In this document: piece by piece, positions 51,801-59,733 of the stretch | Layout: each line of letters begins with the position of its first letter | How positions within the stretch are numbered: position 1 is the stretch's first letter | Assembly: GCA_002811645.1 (NCBI GenBank) | Contig: PDIP01000083.1 | Location: 196,366-260,365 of the forward strand | Reading direction: 5' to 3' | From: Corallochytrium limacisporum Hawaii | Taxonomy: Eukaryota > Protista > Pluriformea | DNA: 64,000 nt | Position numbers and translations under genes: made by a program | Notes under the pieces: generated by a model | The model's database searches: none | What the model was told of the DNA's origin: nothing | The model's input: the letters and a program-made list of their open reading frames with translations, nothing else

Positions 51801-54680
51801 GTGGCCCATGCTACCAATCCATTGCAAAGATCTTTCAACTGGCTGGTCCGTTCTCAGAGGAATGCCCTTGACACCAACACTCTCACACTTTCGGCCATCG
51901 ATCAAGACGGTTGCTACTCCCGAGTCAAGTCGTTGGCGTTGGACAACAATCGTAAGATGGCACCACTGCCTTAGCGGAACGGTGCTGTTCTTGAAGGCAA
52001 AATGGTACTCCCTCTTGTTGGTCGTGAACATCTCAATGCCTCCTGTTGCCCCGTTTATCATCACCCGAAACGGTGATGCATTGCCAACCACACCGGGATT
52101 ATTGGGCGAATACCCACCGTGACGTTGATTGGTCTCAATCGCAAAGAGATCAATGTTATCTCTTGGGCAAAGGCTATCAATATATACCCAAAATGTGAAA
52201 CTGAGGCTTTTCGATGGCGGCCACAGATCACTTGGGACGTTGAGATTGGCATGACTATACCCATAGTAATAGCTGCTGAAGACAATAAAGTCCACGACCA
52301 GCGGCTGACTTGCCATCTTGTCCAACAGGCCGATGATACTCTCCAACTTGACATCATCAGTGGTGTCGGCTACTTGATTCAATACTGTCCTAGTGATGTC
52401 CCGTGTGCAGCAATGCTTGAAAATCATTCCCACCGCGTTCATGAACAGGTTACTCTTCGCACCTGTCTGGGTCTTTAACACCAGGATGCATTTCTGTAAC
52501 ATGTCTGGGGAAGCTGCGCGGGCTGCGCGTATTTGATTCGCTTCATATCGGAGACATCGATCCAAGAGCAATTCTTGCATGGTGACTCGCACTTCATCAG
52601 CTGTGGATTCGATAGCTAAAATCAAGGCTGTGAAGAAAAAGAAAGGATTTCGAATGCTCAGTATAACTGAATCATCCGTAACAGCGGAACGATCAGCTTC
52701 TGCAAAGAGCATTACCAGCAACCCATACAATCGCTGATCATTCTCCCAAGAGTTCATTTTGAGCATACCCGCCAGAGAATCTCCCGCATCACCCCATGGA
52801 GAAAGGCGATCAAACACCGTCTCTTGAGCCAACTTGTCATGCTGTGAAAAACTATGGATGAAAAATAGATTTGACCGCAACGTTGCGAACGCTTCTTGCT
52901 GATCAACCGGATCACACTCGGGCATAAACCGTTGTGCAATATCAGGTACATTCAACGCCATCAGAGACTGTGACGCATCGTTCCTCTGCCTACCCACCCA
53001 GGTCAGGATGTCGAGCACATTTCTCAATCCCTTACTGTTCGCAAGATGTTCCTGTGCGTAATCCACTACCTCAACTAGTGGTCCAGTTGCATCGTCCATG
53101 TTAGACACCGTGCGCTGCACAATCTTCATCCAGCCTGCGTGAACATATTCTGGATTATAGAGCATGGACAAGATGTCTTTCAAATACGGGACCAAATCAC
53201 GGCTGGCGTCCCACAAGTCTGAGACTTTTTCACTAAAGTCATCAATGAAAGATGCATCTGCAGACGATGAAACAGACTCCGCCTTAAGAATTTCAAAAAT
53301 TTGCCGAGTCACAGAGGATCCATGACAAGCATTGTTGAATGTTGCATTCATCTGGTTCATCCTCACCAGCGCATGAAGAAGTTTCACACGGATGGCATTG
53401 TTCCCGTCCTTGAGTATCTCGTTTACAACGCTCAATTCCTTTTCAAAATTGCCCGATCCAGTAACAATAGTGTTTTCAATGATCTTGATGACTCGATCTG
53501 ACTCGTCTGGTGGTAGATCGTGGACTCTCTGACCTAGTCTCTGTAGGGTATCGCCATGGCGCGCAAGACGTCCTTGGGTCTGCAAAACAACATGAAGAAT
53601 TTGGTCATAAAAGGCATTGCAGACCTCAGTACTCTTTGCTGTCATTGCACTTTCCACCATGACCTGATGGAGAGCCAGTGCTGACTCTTTTTGATGGCAC
53701 CTCATAAGCATATTTGACAGTCGAGGAATTATGGACTTGATGACGACATCATTACTAGCCTTGGAACTGTCACTAACTTGAATGCTTGTTTGCACCAAGA
53801 AATGGCCTTCTTCCCTCAAGAAGATGTCTAACATAGATGTATCGTTGTCATCCGGTGTCAATACCAATGCGAGAACGAAAGCCACTCCCTTGAGCTCATC
53901 GACAGGCCTCAGCTGAAATTTTACCAGACTTTTGATCAAGTTCTGCATGGTCTCATGCTCTTCCAAGTATCTTTGCCATTCCCCTGACCATGTGGTCTGA
54001 ATGCTAAGCTCACAAACCTGGCGAGTCGCCTCCTGCCATATTATCCGCTTGCTGTTGGGCACATACGTTGTGAGCAATAGGAAGAGATGCAAAATCTCGT
54101 CTTGGAACAGCTTGCTCATCACTTGATTTCGACACAATGCAAATGTTAGTACCCGAAAGATTGCATCCTGAGAGGCTTGTACTCCAGGAGTATCAAGTAT
54201 AGGTGTGCCTAGGGTGGCGAAGTATACTGCCCGCAATAGCTCTGAGATTAGTGGAGTATTGACCGCAAATTCTGTAAATAGCAACAAGTCCGCACTGGTC
54301 AGAGCGAGAACCTTGAACCCGTTGTGAGTGACATCAGCATCGAGAACTTTCAATAGTGCTCCACATCCTTCATTCAAGTTCCGGCCTTCCAAAGCAGTCG
54401 TAATGTCTTCGCACAAACTTGAAGCTGTCAACCAGACGAAGATAGATGACATACCGAAGCGTTGAGTGATATTATCTATCGATCCGTTTCCGTAAATTTG
54501 AAGGAAACGTTTTGTACACCTATGCCGCACCGCCCGCAACTCTTCCGACCGTGGAGTGTTCCCACCGGTAGACCGTCGCTTGGCCTCCAATGTCTGCCAT
54601 GTCTCGGTGTCGGCATTGAGATCTTCGACTGTCGACACGGACAGGCCAAAGCCCTTTGTTATTCCTTTGAGCCACGACAT
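45879..54680 (-). CDS. BEACH-domain protein (ConA/LamG-like, PH, BEACH, WD40), WDFY3/LvsA-like, no FYVE seen
   Basis: 2933-aa single ORF; [13 protein letters not shown] (PH); [73 protein letters not shown] (BEACH); [10 protein letters not shown] WD repeats. Confidence 0.96.
   Translation of the reverse strand: [2933 protein letters not shown]
48342..48425 (-). repeat. Coding 9-bp tandem repeat encoding (E-N/H-G/S)n within the BEACH gene
   Basis: About 9 units of GAGAACGGT-like sequence encoding [27 protein letters not shown]. Confidence 0.9.
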
Positions 54681-56374
54681 GAGCTTATCTTTACCTCACG
54701 ACGGCAAACGCTTATTCTTTCCTAGATTAGTCATGTTTCTATCTAAAGTGGGAAGGTTCTCCCTATCATGTATTCACAGAGGTCATGTCCCGTTCGTTCC
54801 CTCCAATTCCTTTGATCTTCCGCACTCATGGACATAATATGGATTACACAGCCAATATTCATACATGCTCTCCTATACCTGGATATGAAAGACCTCATGT
54901 CCATAATGAATAACATGGCAAAGGTGACTGAATGTTCGTCCAGCCGAAATCGCACGATCCGCATCCAATGCTGGTCAACTTCACTATGACGCTCACCACA
55001 GCTACCGAAGGGGCTTGCCCAGCAAGAAACTTTTCTTCCAGCCCCGCCGCTCCTGCCGCTGTTGAAGGGAGAGGAAGAGAGACCCGTCTCTCCATCGGTG
55101 CCTCAGTCCCAATAAATTCGCTGTACAACTGGTAGGGGGATCTCACACCTCTTGATTTGCATACAAACCCCACAGTCATTTCACGTCTAATTAATGCCAA
55201 GGAGCCCCATTTACATAGGACCGTTCGACACACTCAAAGGGATAACCATGCAGGGGGTTCAGTGGGTCTCCTATATTGTGGTAAGCAAACCATACAAACT
55301 GTGTGTGAGGAAAGGACAAGAAACCCAGTCCACCCCCCCCCCCCCCGGGGGGAACCTTCCACACCCAGCGCTGTCAGATTGGTAATGTAGGAGAAAGCCA
55401 AACAAAGAAAGCAATGGAAACGCACCGTTTCTCTTTTCTCCCTCTGCCGTTTGCTCTGCCGCACTGATGACAACACAACCTTTTCCGAATGGTACATCAC
55501 CGGACCAACCATATTGAACAGTTGGCCAACTACCTGTGGTTGGGAGAGGCTACGACAGGGCGACAACGGGTTCCCAAGGGCCCAGTATCGTACACCTTAC
55601 AAGGCAAGTCTTACGCAAATCCCCAGGCCCGGGTATTGTCAACTGGCGTTGGTGAGGTTCTCGAGAACATCTCAGGCTTATCACTGAGTAGCGTGTATTA
55701 CTGTAAAGTGGATGTTTCCGTCCATGGTTCGAGATGGCCAAAAAACTGTGTCATTGGCGCCGCCAATTTGTGGGCCACATCACCTGCGAACTCTTCCCTA
55801 TCGTCACAGTCTGCGTGCAATTTGTGTTTTGCAGTCTGTCCGGCACGTCTGCATCCGAACGCGATGCGTGGGTCAGCTGTTGGTACAAAATGTACTGATA
55901 TCTGATTACAAAGTCCAAAGTATATTATTTTGCAGAGTTAGGCGGGCAAACATAGTCCGTTAACAAGACATTTTCTGCAAGTACCGGATATACATTTCTT
56001 GGCCTCGGTTGCGCGCCATACTTGGACTGTAGACCTCCTTCCGATATGCGGGAGCTGATGTGTTTTTCTTCTGGCTGATGAGGGAAGCAGGGACGAGGCC
56101 GGCAGTATTCGTTCCAGAGCTTTTCACAGGGAGGCTTTCTCCCCAAGGGCCTCTCGGGCGTTGAGTTCCGTTGCGTCGGGTTTTCGACGTCTCAACCTGG
56201 CACAACCTTTCTTGAATGGTCTTTTCTAAATCAAAGTGTACTTGCTAACGCATACCAGGTCATGAGCAGCTATAAGTTCGAAGCATGTGACGTATGTGTA
56301 GGAAGATTTATTCTTGGTCTAGTTATGTACCAATCGCAGTCGAGGACTGCAACGGAATACTCTTTTCAGTCAGT

Positions 56375-57397
56375 ATGGTGTTGGAGGCAACAGTTCTGTG
56401 TCTTGATGGCTCAGAGTGGATGCGCAATGGCGATTACGTTCCCAGCCGAATGGAAGCACAGCAGGATGCTGTTCAATTAATTAGCGGAACAAAGACTCAG
56501 CAGAATGCAGAAAACACAGTCGGTTTGATTGCCATGGGCGAGAAGACCGAGGTACTCGTGACTTTGACACAGGACATGGGTAAGATTTTGACTTCGCTAC
56601 ACAGTGTGTCGCCAAAAGGACAATCTGATGTTCCCCGAACGCTGCAGATTGCACAGCTGGTCTTGAAGCATAGACAGAACAAGAACCAACGGCAGCGTAT
56701 TATTCTTTTCGTGGGTTCCCCGCTTGATGTCGAGGAGAAGGATTTCGTTCGCATTGGCAAGAAGCTCAAGAAGAACAATATTTCCGTTGATGTGATTAGT
56801 TTTGGAGAAGATAGCGCCAGCAATGCATCAAAACTTGAAGCGTTCATCTCTGCAGTGAACAAGGATGACAATAGCCACTTGGTTACAATCCCTCCTGGCC
56901 CGCATATCCTCAGTGATATGCTTCTCACTACACCTATTGTTATGGGTAACGACGAGTCAGGTGGCCCTAGTGCTGCCATGATGGGTGGTATGGGCTTCAA
57001 TGAAGAAGAAGATCCTGAACTGGCCCTGGCTCTCCGCATTTCACTGGAAGAGGAGCGCGCAAGGCAAGAAGCAGCACGGCGAGCCCAGGAGGCAGCTGAA
57101 GGCGAGGCAGCTGAAGGCGGCACTGAAGGTGAGAAAAAGGAAGGCGATGGCATGGCAGTAGACGATGCATCTAAAGGCAAGGAGGCCGCTGCTGGTGAGG
57201 AAGCAGGAGCCGATGAGAGTGCAGGGGCGAGTAAGGACGTGAACCCAGAGTTCCTAAGTTCCGTCCTGAGTGGTTTGCCCGGGGTCGATACAAACGACCC
57301 TCGCATCAAGGAGGCTCTGGCACAGATTGAGAAAAAGGATGGCGAAGGCGACGACAAGGAGAAGAAGGACGACAATATGGAAGAAGACAAATCTTGA
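56375..57397 (+). CDS. PSMD4: 26S proteasome ubiquitin receptor Rpn10/PSMD4
   Basis: MVLEATVLCLDGSEWMRNGDY VWA domain, LKHRQNKNQRQRII, one UIM (DPELALALRISLEEER), C-terminal PEFLSSVLSGLPGVD. Confidence 0.97.
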   Translation: MVLEATVLCLDGSEWMRNGDYVPSRMEAQQDAVQLISGTKTQQNAENTVGLIAMGEKTEVLVTLTQDMGKILTSLHSVSPKGQSDVPRTLQIAQLVLKHRQNKNQRQRIILFVGSPLDVEEKDFVRIGKKLKKNNISVDVISFGEDSASNASKLEAFISAVNKDDNSHLVTIPPGPHILSDMLLTTPIVMGNDESGGPSAAMMGGMGFNEEEDPELALALRISLEEERARQEAARRAQEAAEGEAAEGGTEGEKKEGDGMAVDDASKGKEAAAGEEAGADESAGASKDVNPEFLSSVLSGLPGVDTNDPRIKEALAQIEKKDGEGDDKEKKDDNMEEDKS

Positions 57398-57527
57398 AAG
57401 TCTTGGCCAACTGCCTACAGTAAATGAATGAGCTTTTAACCAGTATTTCTTTTTCTTGTTGCAGATAATTGATGAGTCTCTTACATTGCGACCATGAGGT
57501 AGGTTTACCATACAGACATCGTTGTCC

Positions 57528-58883
57528 CTACCGCAGCAACCTGCGAACTCCGTAGCCCAGGACACCGATCACAGCGAGGCCCGCACAGGCAATGATTGAG
57601 TTTTCAATAATTTCATCCTGGCGATGTGCCCTTTGTACAACCTCCGAATAGCGCCTCCGACTAAATGTGACCATGCTGTACAAGGGTACCCATTTCTCGG
57701 GCATGATAGAGTGCAGCAAGCCATCCACATTCTTCCGTGCACGGAAGAGCAGAGAGTTCACAGACAACCGCATTTCAATATAGTTATACATTGCTAAATC
57801 GCATATGGCGTGCGCATCGTCAGGCCTGTACTGCGAAAATGATTCAAGCGTCATGGCAAGATCACCTTTGTTTTTCTCTAAGGTGGCATGAAACTCAAGA
57901 ATGTCCTCGAATCCGCAGTTCATACCCTGTCCATAGAACGGTACCATAGCATGCGCAGCATCACCCATGATGACCGCCTTATCCTTAACGTGCCACGGAC
58001 TGCACTTGACACTTACCAAGTGGCTTGTCTCATTTTTGCGATAGTCCATAAGCAACCGATCCTTGCCGATCAGAGGTATTGAATCATCAAAGTACTTCGT
58101 GAAGAAACGCATAATGTCCGCGTCGCTCTCAATCTCTTCGAACATTTCAAATGGCATGAACAAAGTGCACGTGAAGGTCTTGTCCTGGTTGGGCAAAGCA
58201 ATCATCATGAACTCCTCTCGCGGCCAAATATGCAGGGCATCTGGTTCCATCCTGAAAGCATCATTATCGCCCGCCGGAATGGTTAGTTCCTTGTAGCCGT
58301 GTGGAATGTACTCCTGCTGGTAGTTGAACAGAGGCCGGCGCATCATCTCCTTTCGAACTCTACTGTACGCTCCGTCGTTGCCTACGAGCAGATCGCTCTG
58401 CACTGTCTGCTTCTCACCGTCAACAGTGTTCATAAACGTGGCCTCTCCTGTCTCTACATTGCATGACTCAAGTTTGTGCTTGAAGTGGAAGTTGACAAAA
58501 GGATGTTTTTCAGTTTCTGCAATCAGCACCTGGTTCAGTCTCTGTCTGTCAATGCTGAGGATGCCTTGGCCGGGCTTCCCGTATGGTATGCGGACTTTGC
58601 TGCCGTCCCTGTTGTGGATCATGCGCCCGGTCATTTTTAAGCCGGTGGACACAACCTGGTCCGCAAGTCCCACCTTCTTCAGTGCCTCGATCCCACGCAC
58701 AGACAATGCAAGATTGATACTGCGACCGGCGTAGCCTTCATCGATGCGACAGTCTTCTCGTCCCTCGTACACATCTACCTGGTACCCTTCTTGTCCAAAG
58801 TAAAGGGCGTTCAGGGAGCCGACCAGGCCACCACCGACAATGGTGACTTTCTTACGGTCTCCACCATGTCTGACCCCTGTCAT
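57528..58883 (-). CDS. KMO: Kynurenine 3-monooxygenase
   Basis: GGGLVGSL FAD motif, GRSINLALSVRG, DGAYSRVR, YIPHGYKEL, LHIWPR, MMIALPN, GDAAHAMVPFYGQGMNCGFED, C-terminal TM. Confidence 0.97.
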   Translation of the reverse strand: MTGVRHGGDRKKVTIVGGGLVGSLNALYFGQEGYQVDVYEGREDCRIDEGYAGRSINLALSVRGIEALKKVGLADQVVSTGLKMTGRMIHNRDGSKVRIPYGKPGQGILSIDRQRLNQVLIAETEKHPFVNFHFKHKLESCNVETGEATFMNTVDGEKQTVQSDLLVGNDGAYSRVRKEMMRRPLFNYQQEYIPHGYKELTIPAGDNDAFRMEPDALHIWPREEFMMIALPNQDKTFTCTLFMPFEMFEEIESDADIMRFFTKYFDDSIPLIGKDRLLMDYRKNETSHLVSVKCSPWHVKDKAVIMGDAAHAMVPFYGQGMNCGFEDILEFHATLEKNKGDLAMTLESFSQYRPDDAHAICDLAMYNYIEMRLSVNSLLFRARKNVDGLLHSIMPEKWVPLYSMVTFSRRRYSEVVQRAHRQDEIIENSIIACAGLAVIGVLGYGVRRLLR

Positions 58884-58890
58884 TCTGGAT

Positions 58891-58976
58891 CTGTTTTGTT
58901 CAATGCGTTAGTATACGTGACGTCCATGAGTTGAAAGCACGTTTGTTTAAACCTAACAACTGCTACTATTGAATAC
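58891..58976 (-). other. Putative 5'-UTR intron of KMO
   Basis: Minus strand: GAG|GTATTC donor, TACTAAC branch (58907-58913), CAG acceptor 7 nt upstream of the ATG. Confidence 0.6.
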
Positions 58977-59733
58977 CTCTCATCATGCGGAGGTGCCCCT
59001 CGGGGCACCCCACGACACACTCACACAGGATTGGGCACAGTCTAGCTAACGCGCACCCAGTAAACCTGTCGGCTCCTGCTCGTGCCCCACCCGGAGGAGG
59101 CCTGTGTCTTACATCCCCCCATCGCTCCGGAACTCCCCTCCCAGCAAACGCGGGTTCGTCACGACCTGACAATATACTCCGACTTGCTTTCATCTACTGA
59201 AAATGAGGAGAAGGTTCAATATAAAGTATCTTGGCATATGGAATTGCTGACCTATCTGAAAAAAATTCCGCTTCTCTGACGCGTCTCGAGATCGTTCTCT
59301 CTTGGCGGCAAATTAACAACTTGCGCTTACGGTAATAACTGCTCCATGGCTCGAAGAGGCTCAAGGTCGCAAGAGGGTCCTTTTGCGCCCACCATTCTAT
59401 GGGGCACTACCACTGCGGTGGGCAACTCCTATTTCACACGCAGTGGGGGATTCAGGAGATGGGGCATCGGAAGTAACCCGGGGGGACCGCCCGGCAAGGA
59501 GGGTCTGAACCGCGCCATAAATCCGTTGCTGGCCCAGCGGCGGGCCGCAAATGCGGTTTGCAATTCACGCTATTAGCATCAACAAAGGAAATATCACATC
59601 ATCAATCCCAAGGAATGAAAGACATGTCAAATTACTGTTATGGAAGCCTTTTATGTATGGAATGATGAGGAAGCCAGGAAGTGAGATGGTGAATGAATGC
59701 TGAACTTTTAACTTGAGCCAATGGTGCATACAG

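Noticed and set aside
1-54680. Apparent clustering of membrane-trafficking genes (ChAPs, annexin, Uso1, Vti1, Atg38, BEACH)
   Set aside because: Interspersed with unrelated genes, and trafficking is a large category; no evidence of a functional cluster without synteny data.
55489-55905. 138-aa ORF beginning like a dual-specificity phosphatase (IEQLANYLWLG)
   Set aside because: No HCxxGxxR motif or further similarity.
56497-57390. Long antisense ORFs (297 aa opposite Rpn10; also 60463-61272, 62398-63252, 35965-36477, 6926-7612)
   Set aside because: Shadow frames of GC-rich genuine genes with no recognisable motifs.
59386-59426. HDV-like ribozyme topology (GCCCACC/GGTGGGC as P1)
   Set aside because: Lacks the P1.1 GG, the P2 partner strand and the catalytic C context.
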